64,000 nucleotides of DNA from Actinomycetes bacterium (lineage in GTDB: Bacteria > Actinomycetota > CALGFH01), in assembly GCA_035263405.1 (NCBI GenBank), contig DATFRI010000071.1:777-64776 (forward strand), in the 5' to 3' direction. The number at the start of each line of letters is the position of its first letter. The first letter of the stretch is position 1. This document shows, piece by piece, positions 1 to 14,874 of this stretch. A program made the position numbers and the translations under genes. The notes under the pieces were generated by a model. It saw nothing but the letters and a program-made list of their open reading frames with translations. It ran no database searches and was not told the DNA's origin.

Positions 1-1
1 T

Positions 2-1294
<1,293 letters not shown>

Positions 1295-1586
1295 CCAGGG
1301 GCCACGCTCCCGACGTCGAGGGAATTTCGCGCGGTCGGTGTACCGTTTACGGGTCGTGACCCGGAGGGCGATCTCGCACCTGGAGCTCACACCCCAGGTG
1401 CGCACCGGAAGGAACCACGGAAGGCACCACGGTGAGGCCCGCCGGCGCGCCGCGCTCCCGCCTCCCGCCGAGGCCCTGTGCGCACACGGGGTCGGGGGGC
1501 GGAGCAGAGGGCGCAGCCCCCGATCGACCGGTCGGGTTCCCCTACGATGACGTCGACACAACAAGAAGCAGGGAGCAAACGCGACG

Positions 1587-1802
1587 ATGAAGCCAGGGAT
1601 CCATCCCGAGTACGTGGTGGCCACCGTGCGCTGCTCGTGCGGGGAGACCTTCCAGACCCGCTCCACCGTGAGCGAGCTGCGGGTCGACATCTGCTCCAAG
1701 TGCCACCCCTTCTACACGGGCAAGCAGAAGCTGGTCGACACCGGCGGCCGCGTCGAACGGTTCGAGCGGCGCTACGGCAAGCGCAGGGCCCCGACCGCCT
1801 GA
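1587..1802 (+). CDS. rpmE: 50S ribosomal protein L31
   Basis: A 71-aa product MKPGIHPEY...CSCGETF...CHPFYTGKQ with the CxxC...C Zn-ribbon form of L31. A GGGAG Shine-Dalgarno lies upstream. Confidence 0.95.
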   Translation: MKPGIHPEYVVATVRCSCGETFQTRSTVSELRVDICSKCHPFYTGKQKLVDTGGRVERFERRYGKRRAPTA

Positions 1803-1810
1803 GCCGGCCG

Positions 1811-2908
1811 ATGCCTCCTGACGACGACCTGCCGCCCGAGCCGGACGACGCCCGCCCCGACGCCGCCACCGACCGGAGGGCGCAGGCGGCCGCGCCCCCC
1901 GAGCCCCTGCCGGACCAGGAGCCCGGCGGCGGACCACCGGTGCTGTACGGCGGCCAGGCGGTGCTCGAGGGCGTCATGATGCGCGGCCAGCGCTCCTGGT
2001 CGGTCGCGGTCCGGCGGCCCAGCGACGAGATCTACGTGCAGACCCGGGCGCTGCGCCCGCTGGCGGCCCGGGTCCGGCTGTTCCGCCTGCCGTTCTTCCG
2101 CGGGGTGGGCGTCCTGGCCGACTCCATGGCGATCGGCGTGCGCGCGCTCGCGATCTCGGGCAACCAGTCGCTCGGCGAGGACGAGCAGCTGTCCGAACGC
2201 CAGATGAACTGGTCGCTGGCGATCGGCGCGATCTTCTTCTCGTTCGTGTTCATCCTGCTGCCGGCCACCGGCACCAACTGGCTGTCGGCCCGGCTGCCCA
2301 ACCACTTCGCGTTCAACCTCGTCGAGGGACTCGCCCGGATCGCTTTCTTCCTGCTCTACATCGTCGCGATCTCCCAGCTCAAGGACATCCGCAGGGTGTT
2401 CCAGTACCACGGCGCCGAGCACATGGCGATCCACTGCTACGAGGCGCGCCAGCCGCTGAGCGTGGACAACGTGCGGCGCTTCCCGACCCTGCACGTGCGC
2501 TGCGGGACCAACTTCCTGCTGATCCTGTTCGTCACGATGCTGGTGCTGTTCACGGTCGCCTTCGGGGTGCTCGGCCGCCCGCCGCTGCTCGTCCGGGTCC
2601 TGCTGCACCTCGCCGCGGTGCCCGTGATCGTCGGGATCGCCTACGAGGCCATCCGCCTGGGCGCGGGCAGGGAGCGCTCGGCGCTGGTCCAGGCGCTCAT
2701 GCGGCCGGGCCTGTGGCTGCAGATGCTCACCACCAAGCCGCCGTCGGAGGACCAGATCGAGGTCGCGATCCGCGCGCTCGAGCACGTCCTGCCGGCCGAG
2801 GAGCGGAGCAGGGTGACGGCCATGCCCTCGCCGGTGGTCATCGGCGAGCCGGAGCCGAGCGAGCCCGGCCCGGACGTGCCGCTGTCGCGGCCGTCGGGCG
2901 CGGGGTAG
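1811..2908 (+). CDS. DUF1385 (YqhQ-like) membrane-associated protein
   Basis: The block LYGGQAVLEGVMMRG...YHGAEHMAIH is followed by TM helices. The rpmE–prfA position is typical for this family. ATG at 1811 was chosen because the upstream part of the ORF overlaps rpmE in another frame. Confidence 0.8.
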   Translation: MPPDDDLPPEPDDARPDAATDRRAQAAAPPEPLPDQEPGGGPPVLYGGQAVLEGVMMRGQRSWSVAVRRPSDEIYVQTRALRPLAARVRLFRLPFFRGVGVLADSMAIGVRALAISGNQSLGEDEQLSERQMNWSLAIGAIFFSFVFILLPATGTNWLSARLPNHFAFNLVEGLARIAFFLLYIVAISQLKDIRRVFQYHGAEHMAIHCYEARQPLSVDNVRRFPTLHVRCGTNFLLILFVTMLVLFTVAFGVLGRPPLLVRVLLHLAAVPVIVGIAYEAIRLGAGRERSALVQALMRPGLWLQMLTTKPPSEDQIEVAIRALEHVLPAEERSRVTAMPSPVVIGEPEPSEPGPDVPLSRPSGAG

Positions 2909-2956
2909 CGGCGCGCCCGCCCGCCTCGCGACCGCGCGCCACCCGAAGGACGACCG

Positions 2957-4036
2957 ATGTTCGAGCGGCTCCAGGAGACCGAGCAGACCTACCAGGAGGT
3001 CGAGCGGCAGCTCGGCGACCCCGGGGTGGTCGCCGACCAGGCCCGCTTCGTCGAGCTGTCCAAGCGCTACGCCGAGCTGGGCGGGATCGTGCGCGACTAC
3101 CGCGCCTGGCGGTCGGCGCGGGAGGACCTCGCGACCGCGCGCCAGCTCGCCCGCGAGGAGCGCGACCCGGATGCGCGCCAGATCCTGGCCGAGGAGATCC
3201 AGGCCTCCGAGCGCCGCATCGCCGAGCTGGAGGCGTCGCTCACCGAGGCGCTCGCGCCCCGGGACCCCAACGACGCCAAGGACGTGATCGTGGAGGTCCG
3301 CGCCGGCACCGGCGGCGACGAGGCGGCGCTGTTCGCCGGCGAGCTGGCGCGCATGTACACGCGCTGGGCGGAGCAGCACGGCTACCGCACCGAGATGCTG
3401 TCGCTGTCGCCCTCGGGGCGCGACGGCGTGAAGGAGGCGGTGTTCGCGGTCAAGGGCAGGGGGGCCTACTCGCGGCTGAAGTACGAGGCGGGCGTGCACC
3501 GCGTCCAGCGGGTGCCGGTCACCGAGTCCCAGGGCCGCATCCACACCTCGGCCGCCGGGGTGAACGTGCTGCCGGAGGCCGACGCCGTCGAGGTGACCAT
3601 CGACCCGGCCGACCTCCGGATCGACGTGTACCGGTCCAGCGGTCCCGGCGGCCAGTCGGTGAACACCACCGACTCGGCCGTGCGCGTCACCCACGTCCCC
3701 ACCGGGATCGTCGTGTCGATGCAGGACGAGAAGTCCCAGATCCAGAACCGGGAGAAGGCCCTGCGGGTGCTGCGCGCCCGGCTGCTGGACCGGGCGCTCG
3801 GCGAGCAGCAGGCGGCGCTCGCCGACGAGCGGCGCTCCCAGGTCCGCTCGCTGGACCGCTCCGAGCGGATCCGCACGTACAACTTCCCCCAGGACCGCGT
3901 GACCGACCACCGGGTCAACCTCACCGTCCACGACCTGCCGGGCGTGCTCGAGGGCAGGGGGCTCGACCAGCTCATCGACCGGCTCGCCGCGAGCGACCGG
4001 GAGGCGCGGCTGGCGGCGGCGGGGGAGCCCTCGTGA
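2957..4036 (+). CDS. prfA: peptide chain release factor 1
   Basis: The RF1 tripeptide region and the GGQ motif (SSGPGGQSVNTTDSAVR) are present. Confidence 0.95.
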   Translation: MFERLQETEQTYQEVERQLGDPGVVADQARFVELSKRYAELGGIVRDYRAWRSAREDLATARQLAREERDPDARQILAEEIQASERRIAELEASLTEALAPRDPNDAKDVIVEVRAGTGGDEAALFAGELARMYTRWAEQHGYRTEMLSLSPSGRDGVKEAVFAVKGRGAYSRLKYEAGVHRVQRVPVTESQGRIHTSAAGVNVLPEADAVEVTIDPADLRIDVYRSSGPGGQSVNTTDSAVRVTHVPTGIVVSMQDEKSQIQNREKALRVLRARLLDRALGEQQAALADERRSQVRSLDRSERIRTYNFPQDRVTDHRVNLTVHDLPGVLEGRGLDQLIDRLAASDREARLAAAGEPS

Positions 4037-4899
4037 CCACGGTCACGGTCCGCGGGCTGCTCTCGGCGACGGTCGAGCGGCTGCTCGCCGCGGGCTGCGT
4101 CTCGGCCGAGGCGGAGGCGCGCTGGCTGGTCGAGGAGGCGCTCGAGGTGCGTCCCGGCGGGCTGGCGGCCCGCCGCGGCGACGCCGTCGGCGAGCCGGGC
4201 CGGGGGCGGCTGGAGGCGATGCTCGCCCGGCGGGTCGCCGGCGAGCCGCTCCAGCACGTCATCGGCTGGGCGCCGTTCGGCGCGCTCAAGCTGGCGGTCG
4301 GCCCCGGCGTGTTCGTCCCCCGGCCCGAGACCGAGGATCTGGCCGAGCGCGCGGCGGCGCGCCTGCCGGCGGCCGCGGGCGCCGTCGCCGTCGACCTGTG
4401 CGCCGGCTGCGGCGCGATCGCGTGCTTCCTGAAGGCGGCGCGGCCGGCGGCGAGGGTGCTGGCCAGCGAGCTGGAGCCCGTGGCGCTCGGCTACGCGCGC
4501 CGCAACGGCGGGCCGCTCGGCGTGGAGGTGCTCGCGGGCGACCTGGACGCGCCGCTGCCCGACGCGCTCGCCGGCCGGGTCGACGTGCTCACGGCCAATG
4601 TGCCGTACGTCCCCACCGGCCAGATCGCCCTGCTGCCCACCGACGTGCGCGACCACGAGCCCCGCGGCGCGCTCGACGGCGGGCCGGACGGGCTGGACGT
4701 GCTGCGCCGGGTCGTCGCCGTGAGCGGTCGCTGGCTCAGGCCGGGCGGGTGGATACTGTGCGAGTTGGGCGAGGGCCAGGGCACGCTGGCCGCCGGGCTC
4801 CTCGGGCGCGCGGGCTTCGGTGCCGTGTCGGTCCTGCCCGACCTCGCCGGCCGGGAGCGCGTGGTGGAGGGGCAGTGGGAGCATCCGGACAGCAGGTGA
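4033..4899 (+). CDS. prmC: release-factor glutamine N5-methyltransferase
   Basis: The GTG start overlaps the prfA stop (GTGA). It carries a SAM-MTase motif (VDLCAGCGAIA) and the NVPY(NPPY-like) motif LTANVPYVP. Confidence 0.85.
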   Translation: MTTVTVRGLLSATVERLLAAGCVSAEAEARWLVEEALEVRPGGLAARRGDAVGEPGRGRLEAMLARRVAGEPLQHVIGWAPFGALKLAVGPGVFVPRPETEDLAERAAARLPAAAGAVAVDLCAGCGAIACFLKAARPAARVLASELEPVALGYARRNGGPLGVEVLAGDLDAPLPDALAGRVDVLTANVPYVPTGQIALLPTDVRDHEPRGALDGGPDGLDVLRRVVAVSGRWLRPGGWILCELGEGQGTLAAGLLGRAGFGAVSVLPDLAGRERVVEGQWEHPDSR

Positions 4900-5663
4900 C
4901 CGATCCGCGCCTGATCCGCGTACCCGACGACGAGCAGGAATGGGAGCCGCTGCTCGAGGTGGCCGCGAAGGTCGCCGCCAAGGGCGACCTGCTCGTCCTG
5001 CCGACCGACACGGTGTACGGGGTGGGCTGCGACCCGTTCGACCGCGACGCCGCCGACAAGCTGTTCGCCGCCAAGGCCCGCGGCCGTGACCTGCCGCTGC
5101 CCGTGCTGGTGCACAGCCGCTTCCAGGCCGAGGGGCTGGTGCGCGAGCTGGACGAGCGGGCGCGCTCGCTGATCGGGGCGTTCTGGCCCGGGCCGCTGAC
5201 GCTGGTGCTGCGCGAGTCCGAGGGGATCGGCTGGTACCTCGGCCGCAACCTCGGCACGGTGGCGCTGCGCATGCCCAAGCACACCTTCGCGCTCGCGCTG
5301 CTGCAGCGCACCGGGCCGCTCGCGGTCACCAGCGCCAACCGCTCCGGCGAGCCCACCCCCGCCACCGTGGTGGAGATCATGACCCACCTCGACGAGGGCG
5401 TGGGGGTGTACTTTGATGCCGGCCCCCTGCCGACACCGATGCCGCCGTCGGGCGGGCAGGAGCCCACGGGCCCGCTGCCGGACCCCGGGACGTCATCCGG
5501 TGGGCAGGGGGCCGGAGGCTCCGGGGGGACCGGCCCGTCCCCGGCCTCCACGATCGTCGATCTCACCGGTCCGCGCGCGCGGCTGCTGCGGGAGGGGGCG
5601 ATCCCCCCGCGCGAGGTCGAGCGCGTGCTCGACGAGCCGCTGGCCGACCCGGGGAGCAAGTGA
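4896..5663 (+). CDS. tsaC: L-threonylcarbamoyladenylate synthase (YrdC/TsaC/Sua5 family), with a Gly/Pro-rich low-complexity C-terminal insert
   Basis: The YrdC signature LVLPTDTVYGVGCDPF...SANRSGEP is present. The start is 4-nt coupled to the prmC stop. A roughly 45-aa G/P/S-rich segment lies near the C-terminus. Confidence 0.75.
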   Translation: MTDPRLIRVPDDEQEWEPLLEVAAKVAAKGDLLVLPTDTVYGVGCDPFDRDAADKLFAAKARGRDLPLPVLVHSRFQAEGLVRELDERARSLIGAFWPGPLTLVLRESEGIGWYLGRNLGTVALRMPKHTFALALLQRTGPLAVTSANRSGEPTPATVVEIMTHLDEGVGVYFDAGPLPTPMPPSGGQEPTGPLPDPGTSSGGQGAGGSGGTGPSPASTIVDLTGPRARLLREGAIPPREVERVLDEPLADPGSK

Positions 5664-6217
5664 CCGACGAGTTCACGGTGCTGTTCGTGTGCACCGCCAA
5701 CCAGTGCCGTTCCGTGATGGCCGAGGCGCTCGCGGCACACGTGCTGCAGCGGATGCCCGACCCGCCGCCGCTCACCTTCGGCTCGGCCGGCACCAGCGCG
5801 CTGGCCGGCAGCCCGCCGACCGAGGTGACCGCGCGCACGCTGCGCATCGCCGGGATCGACCTGGCCGGTCACCGGTCGCGGGAGCTGGACCGCAGGATCG
5901 TCGCCGACGCCGACCTCGTGCTCACCATGACGCGCGGGCACATCGCCGCGGTGCTCGCCCAGGACCGCTCGGCCGGGCGGCGCACGTTCACCCTCGCCGG
6001 GTTCGCGCGGGCGGTGCGGGGGCGCGCGGCGGACTCGCCCGAGGCGCTGGTCGACGTCGCCAACGAGTTCGCGGAGGTCCACGCCGACGACGACGTGCCC
6101 GACCCCGTCGGCCACGGCGACGCCGCCCACCAGATCTGCGCGGCGAGGCTCCTCCAGCTCGTGCGCGTCGTGGTCGCCGCCCTCGCCGGCTCGTCGGAGA
6201 TCACCCGGACGCCCTGA
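5660..6217 (+). CDS. low-molecular-weight protein tyrosine phosphatase
   Basis: It has the CX5R P-loop VLFVCTANQCRS near the N-terminus and a downstream DP (DDVPDP) motif. The GTG start overlaps the previous stop. Confidence 0.85.
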   Translation: MTDEFTVLFVCTANQCRSVMAEALAAHVLQRMPDPPPLTFGSAGTSALAGSPPTEVTARTLRIAGIDLAGHRSRELDRRIVADADLVLTMTRGHIAAVLAQDRSAGRRTFTLAGFARAVRGRAADSPEALVDVANEFAEVHADDDVPDPVGHGDAAHQICAARLLQLVRVVVAALAGSSEITRTP

Positions 6218-6259
6218 GCCGGTTGGTGAACGCGCGGGGGCGCGCATACCCTTCGGGGC

Positions 6260-7420
6260 ATGACCGGCCTTGGGCCCTACCTGCTCGTCGCCGCGGTCGC
6301 GGCCCTGCTGACCTGGCTGCTCACCCCGGTCGTGATCCGGCTGGCGCGGCGGGTCGGCGCGGTCGACCGGCCCGGCGACCGCAAGATCCACGCGATCGCC
6401 ACGCCCACCCTCGGCGGCCTGGCCATCTGGGGCGGGTTCGTCGGGGCGCTGCTGGTCGCGGGGCGGATGGACGCCTTCAGCCGGATGTTCTCGTTCTCGA
6501 CCGAGCCGGTCGGGATCGCGGTCGGGGCGACGCTGATGCTGGCGATCGGCGTCGTCGACGACCTCTACGGGCTGACCGCGCCGGCCAAGCTGGCCGCGCA
6601 GGTGATCGCCGCGGCGGTGATGACGCTGTCGGGCGTGCAGCTGCTGTACGTGTGGCTGCCGTTCGCCGAGCAGATCGCGATCTCCCCGGACATCGGGGTG
6701 CCGCTGACGATCCTGGTGGTGATCGTCACCGTCAACGCGGTCAACCTCGTGGACGGGCTCGACGGGCTCGCAGCCGGGCTGGTCGGGATCGGGGCGCTGG
6801 CGTACTTCGTGTTCAGCTACCGCACCGGCCCCTCCGGGCTGTACGTCGGGACGGCGCCGCCGTCCGCGCCGCTGATCGCGGCGATCACCGTCGGCGCGTG
6901 CGCGGGCTTCCTGCCGCACAACTTCAACCCGGCACGGGTGTTCATGGGCGACACCGGCGCGATGCTGCTGGGCACGATGCTGTCCGCGGCCACCATCACC
7001 GGCGTCGGGCGCACGACCGCGCCGCGGGTGTCTGACGGGATCGCGCTGGTGATCCCGGTCGCGATCCCGATCCTGGTGCTCGGGCTGCCGTTCCTGGACG
7101 CGGCGTTCGCGATCGTGCGCCGGATCCGCTCGGGGCAGGGGGTGATGGTCGCCGACAAGGCGCACCTGCACCACCGGCTGCTGGAGATCGGCCACTCCCA
7201 CCGCAAGGCGGTGCTGCTGCTGTGGCTGTGGAGCGCGTTCCTGGCCGCCAGCACGGTCGCGCTGTCGTTCACCGGCCCGAGCCGCGTGGTCCCGGCCTTC
7301 CTGCTGGTCTTCGGGATCGGCGCGATCCTGCTGCTCGCCCCGCAGCGGCGCCTGGGACGGGCGCGCGCGGACAGGCCCGAGGTCCCGCGGGCAGCCGGGC
7401 GGGTGGACCGCCCTTTGTAG
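6260..7420 (+). CDS. wecA: UDP-GlcNAc:undecaprenyl-phosphate GlcNAc-1-phosphate transferase (MraY/WecA family)
   Basis: A polytopic membrane protein with the motifs VVDDLYGL and NAVNLVDGLDGLA. It lies between yrdC and the atp operon, as mycobacterial rfe does. Confidence 0.85.
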   Translation: MTGLGPYLLVAAVAALLTWLLTPVVIRLARRVGAVDRPGDRKIHAIATPTLGGLAIWGGFVGALLVAGRMDAFSRMFSFSTEPVGIAVGATLMLAIGVVDDLYGLTAPAKLAAQVIAAAVMTLSGVQLLYVWLPFAEQIAISPDIGVPLTILVVIVTVNAVNLVDGLDGLAAGLVGIGALAYFVFSYRTGPSGLYVGTAPPSAPLIAAITVGACAGFLPHNFNPARVFMGDTGAMLLGTMLSAATITGVGRTTAPRVSDGIALVIPVAIPILVLGLPFLDAAFAIVRRIRSGQGVMVADKAHLHHRLLEIGHSHRKAVLLLWLWSAFLAASTVALSFTGPSRVVPAFLLVFGIGAILLLAPQRRLGRARADRPEVPRAAGRVDRPL

Positions 7421-7426
7421 GTCGAT

Positions 7427-7442
7427 TGTGATGTCGATCACA
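7427..7442. promoter_or_regulatory. CRP/GlxR-family binding-site candidate (TGTGA-N6-TCACA) upstream of the atp operon
   Basis: The sequence tgtgaTGTCGAtcaca exactly matches both half-sites of the CRP consensus. It sits in an unusually AT-rich 30-nt patch, 118 nt upstream of the first atp-associated gene. Confidence 0.5.
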
Positions 7443-7559
7443 AATGTGGCACCATCCCCGGACCCGGCCGAGACGGCATGGTAGGGTGACGCCCGCCGCA
7501 GGCACCCAGCGTGCTCGTCGGCGAATCCCCGCCACACCCCACCTGCGGTGAGGAGGCCC

Positions 7560-7967
7560 ATGCACGAGCACGACGCGCGCATTCTGCGTGGCGCCGTCGC
7601 GGCGACGGCCGCCCTCGCCCCGCCCGCCGTCGCCCTCGGCGCGCTCGCCGCGGGCGCCCGCGGCGCGCTCGGCGCCGGCCTCGGGGTCCTGCTCGCCGCC
7701 GCCTTCTTCAGCGTCACCGTGGTGGTGGTCGACGCGGCGGGCCGCGTCTCGGCCGACCTCATCCTCCCGGCCGCGCTGGCCACCTACGCGCTCAAGCTGA
7801 CCGCGCTCGGGATCGGGCTGTACCTGCTCGGCGGCACCACCGCGTTCGACAGGCGCGCGTTCGCGCTGGCGGTGGTCGCCGGCACGCTGGTCTACCTGGT
7901 CGCCGAGGTCCGCCTGGCCATGCGGGCGCGCATCCCCGCCGTGGTCGGCCCCCAGGAGGAGCGGTAG
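7560..7967 (+). CDS. hydrophobic membrane protein upstream of atpB (AtpI / Rv1303-like)
   Basis: A 136-aa product with three predicted TM segments and high GC3. A GGTGAGGAGG Shine-Dalgarno precedes ATG 7560. Family assignment is tentative. Confidence 0.55.
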   Translation: MHEHDARILRGAVAATAALAPPAVALGALAAGARGALGAGLGVLLAAAFFSVTVVVVDAAGRVSADLILPAALATYALKLTALGIGLYLLGGTTAFDRRAFALAVVAGTLVYLVAEVRLAMRARIPAVVGPQEER

Positions 7968-8029
7968 GCGCGTGGCCGAGTCGTCCCCCGCCGCACGGCG
8001 GACCCCGCTGCTGGTATCGTTCCCGCTCC

Positions 8030-8245
8030 ATGGACGGCAGGTCGGATGGTCGGGAGAGGACGCCGCGGGGCTCGGAGATCGCCTGGGGCGTCCTCGGCTA
8101 CCTGGTGGCCGGCGTGGTCGCCTGGGGTGGCATCGGCTGGCTGCTGGACCGCTGGGTGGGCACCCGGCTGTTCCTGCCGCTCGGGGTCGTGGTCGGGTTC
8201 GCGGGGGCGTTCTACCTGATCATCCGCCGCTACGGTCGGCTGTGA
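8030..8245 (+). CDS. small membrane protein of the AtpZ/AtpI (ATPase_gene1) family
   Basis: A 72-aa product whose segment GYLVAGVVAWGGIGWLLDRWVGTRLFLPLGVVVGFAGAFYLIIRRY fits the AtpZ pattern. It lies immediately upstream of atpB. Confidence 0.6.
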   Translation: MDGRSDGRERTPRGSEIAWGVLGYLVAGVVAWGGIGWLLDRWVGTRLFLPLGVVVGFAGAFYLIIRRYGRL

Positions 8246-8270
8246 GGGGCCCGGGCCGGGGGCTGGTGCG

Positions 8271-9092
8271 ATGACGACCTGCGTGCTCGCGGCCCGTGAG
8301 GGCTTCCAGGGCCCGACGACCGGGGAGTTCTTCTGGCCGTGCGTGGGCCCGAGGCTGCACGTGCTCGGCGTCGAGCTGTGCGTGAACCGGGTCGTCCTGC
8401 TGACCCTCCTGGCGATGCTCGGGGTGCTGGTGTTCTTCCTGTGGGCGTTCCGCCGGCCCGAGCTGGTGCCGCGCCGCAAGGCCCAGAACGTCGCCGAGGT
8501 CGGCATCGACTTCATCCGCAACAGCGTCGTCCTCGAGGTCATCGGGCGCGACGGGCTGCGCTTCCTGCCCTACCTCACGACACTGTTCTTCTTCATCTTC
8601 GCCGGCAACGTGCTGAGCGTGATCCCGGGGATCAACTTCCCGGCCAACTCACGCAGCGCCGTCCCGGCGGCGCTGGCGATCCTGTCGTGGCTGCTGTTCA
8701 ACTACGCCGGGGTGAAGGCGCAGGGCCTCGGCCCCTACCTGCGCAACTCGCTGTTCCCGCCCGGCGTGCCCTGGCCGATCTACGTGCTCGTCACGCCGAT
8801 CGAGCTGGTGTCGACGTTCCTGGTCCGGCCGCTCACCCTGACGATCCGGCTGACCGCCAACATGATCGCCGGGCACCTCATCCTGGTCGTGTTCCTGACC
8901 GGGACCGCCTACATGCTCGAGCCGCTCATCCGCAACGGCGAGCCGACCATCACCGCGCTGTTCGCGGTGGGCTCGTTCGCGTTCGCCATCGTCCTGATCG
9001 GCTTCGAGATGTTCGTCGCGGCCCTGCAGGCGTTCATCTTCACCATCCTGACCGCCACCTACATCGCCGGCGCGCTCGAGTCCGAGCACTGA
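8271..9092 (+). CDS. atpB: F0F1 ATP synthase subunit a
   Basis: A multi-TM protein with the conserved Arg in LTLTIRLTANMIAGH and a C-terminal amphipathic helix. Confidence 0.9.
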   Translation: MTTCVLAAREGFQGPTTGEFFWPCVGPRLHVLGVELCVNRVVLLTLLAMLGVLVFFLWAFRRPELVPRRKAQNVAEVGIDFIRNSVVLEVIGRDGLRFLPYLTTLFFFIFAGNVLSVIPGINFPANSRSAVPAALAILSWLLFNYAGVKAQGLGPYLRNSLFPPGVPWPIYVLVTPIELVSTFLVRPLTLTIRLTANMIAGHLILVVFLTGTAYMLEPLIRNGEPTITALFAVGSFAFAIVLIGFEMFVAALQAFIFTILTATYIAGALESEH

Positions 9093-9374
<282 letters not shown>

Positions 9375-9386
9375 CAGGAGGGTCAC

Positions 9387-9974
9387 GTGCTCCAGCAGCT
9401 GGTGCTCGCGCAGGCCGAGGAGGGTCACGGCAACCCGATCCTGCCGGCGGCCAACGAGCTGATCTTCGGGACCCTCGCGTTCCTGGTCCTGCTGTTCCTG
9501 CTGTCGCGGTTCGTGTTCCCGCGGGTGAACGCGCTGCTCGAGGAGCGCGCGGCGAACATCGAGGGCAAGCTCGAGCAGGCCGAGCGCGACCGGCGGGACG
9601 CGCAGGAGCTGCTCGAGCGGCGCCGCGAGCAGCTCCGGGCCGCGCGCGAGGAGGTCGCCCGGATCGTCGAGGAGGGGCGCCGCCGCGGCGAGGAGACCCG
9701 CCAGGAGATCATCGCCAGGGCCGAGCGGGAGGCCGAGCGGCTGGCCGCGCGCGCGCGGGAGCAGATCCAGGGCGAGCGGGCGCGGGCCGTCGCCGAGATC
9801 CGCCAGGACATGGGCACGCTCGCGGTGGAGCTCACCGGGCGCATCCTCGGCGAGACCATGGACGGCGACCGCCAGCGGCGCATGGTCGACCGGTTCCTCG
9901 ACCAGCTCGAGGGCGCCGGCGGCGAGGCCAGCGGGAGCGCCGCCGGGGGCGAGGGCGTCCGTGGCCGCGGGTAG
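9387..9974 (+). CDS. atpF: F0F1 ATP synthase subunit b
   Basis: One N-terminal TM segment followed by a long charged E/R/A-rich coiled-coil. Confidence 0.9.
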   Translation: MLQQLVLAQAEEGHGNPILPAANELIFGTLAFLVLLFLLSRFVFPRVNALLEERAANIEGKLEQAERDRRDAQELLERRREQLRAAREEVARIVEEGRRRGEETRQEIIARAEREAERLAARAREQIQGERARAVAEIRQDMGTLAVELTGRILGETMDGDRQRRMVDRFLDQLEGAGGEASGSAAGGEGVRGRG

Positions 9975-10791
9975 CCTGCCCGAACAGGGCCGCCGGCAGG
10001 CCTCCGAGGTCCGCGAGCGGGCCCGCGGCGAGCTGCGCCGGCTCGATCCCGCCGACCTGGACCGCGTGGCCGACGAGCTGTTCGCGCTCGCCGGGCTGCT
10101 CACCCGGGAGCTGCGCCTGCGGCGGGCGCTGGCCGACCCGAGCCTGCCGGGCGAGGTCAAGCGCCGCCTGCTCACCGAGCTGCTCGGCGGCCGCGCGCAC
10201 GAGGCCACCCTGGCGCTGCTCGGGCAGCTCGTGGACGGGCCGCGGCTGCTGCCGGTCGCCCTGGCCGACCTGGTCGAGGAGCTGGGGGCCATGGCCCTGT
10301 TCGTCAAGGCCGACGCCGCGGGCAGCCTCGACGACGTCGAGGACGAGCTGTACCGGTTCTCGCGGCTGGTCGCCCGCGAGCACGCCCTGCGCGCGGCGCT
10401 GACCTCCGCCACCCTGCCGACCGAGCGCAAGCTCGCGCTGCTGGACGAGCTGCTCAGCGGCCGCGCGGACCCGATCACCGTCCGGCTGGTCCGCCAGGTC
10501 GTGCAGGCGCCGCGGGGCCGCACCATCGAGCGCGCGACCGAGGCGCTGGCCCGGCAGGCCGCCGCCTACCGCGGGCGCGTGATCGCCGAGGTGACCGTGG
10601 CCGCGCCGCTGGAGCCGGCGCAGGCCGAGCGGCTGGGGGAGGTGCTCGGCCGCCGGCGCGGCGGCCCGGTGCGGCTGCAGGTCGTGGTCGACCCGTCCAT
10701 CATGGGCGGCATGGTCGTCCGCGTCGGGGACGAGCTCATCGACGGCAGCGTCCGGCGGCAGCTGGAGCGGGCGCGTGGCGGGCTCGGCTGA
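9961..10791 (+). CDS. atpH: F0F1 ATP synthase subunit delta
   Basis: An OSCP-like product whose GTG start overlaps the atpF end. Its position in the operon fits atpH. Confidence 0.88.
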   Translation: MAAGSLPEQGRRQASEVRERARGELRRLDPADLDRVADELFALAGLLTRELRLRRALADPSLPGEVKRRLLTELLGGRAHEATLALLGQLVDGPRLLPVALADLVEELGAMALFVKADAAGSLDDVEDELYRFSRLVAREHALRAALTSATLPTERKLALLDELLSGRADPITVRLVRQVVQAPRGRTIERATEALARQAAAYRGRVIAEVTVAAPLEPAQAERLGEVLGRRRGGPVRLQVVVDPSIMGGMVVRVGDELIDGSVRRQLERARGGLG

Positions 10792-10865
10792 CCCGGCCGC
10801 GCGAACGCGCGAGGAACGAACCGCGGTGCGGGCGCCCCGCCACGCGGACGGACAAGGAGATCAGC

Positions 10866-12518
<1,653 letters not shown>

Positions 12519-12524
12519 CCGGCC

Positions 12525-14869
<2,345 letters not shown>

Positions 14870-14874
14870 GGCCG

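Noticed and set aside
1772-3931. 719-aa minus-strand ORF antisense to the DUF1385 protein and prfA genes. Similar long antisense or alternative-frame ORFs occur at 4736..7783, 8339..10402, 8649..10526, 10566..13424, 16190..19015, 16372..18231, 19641..21149, 23865..27410 and 28038..29774.
   Set aside because: Their translations are Arg/Pro/Gly-rich low complexity with poor third-position GC. Each overlaps well-supported genes on the other strand or frame. This is the usual open-frame artefact of a 73% GC genome.
7511-8245. 244-aa ORF overlapping the AtpI-like gene in another frame.
   Set aside because: Only its last 72 codons (from ATG 8030) show coding GC3 and the AtpZ-like motif. The upstream part is R/P-rich.
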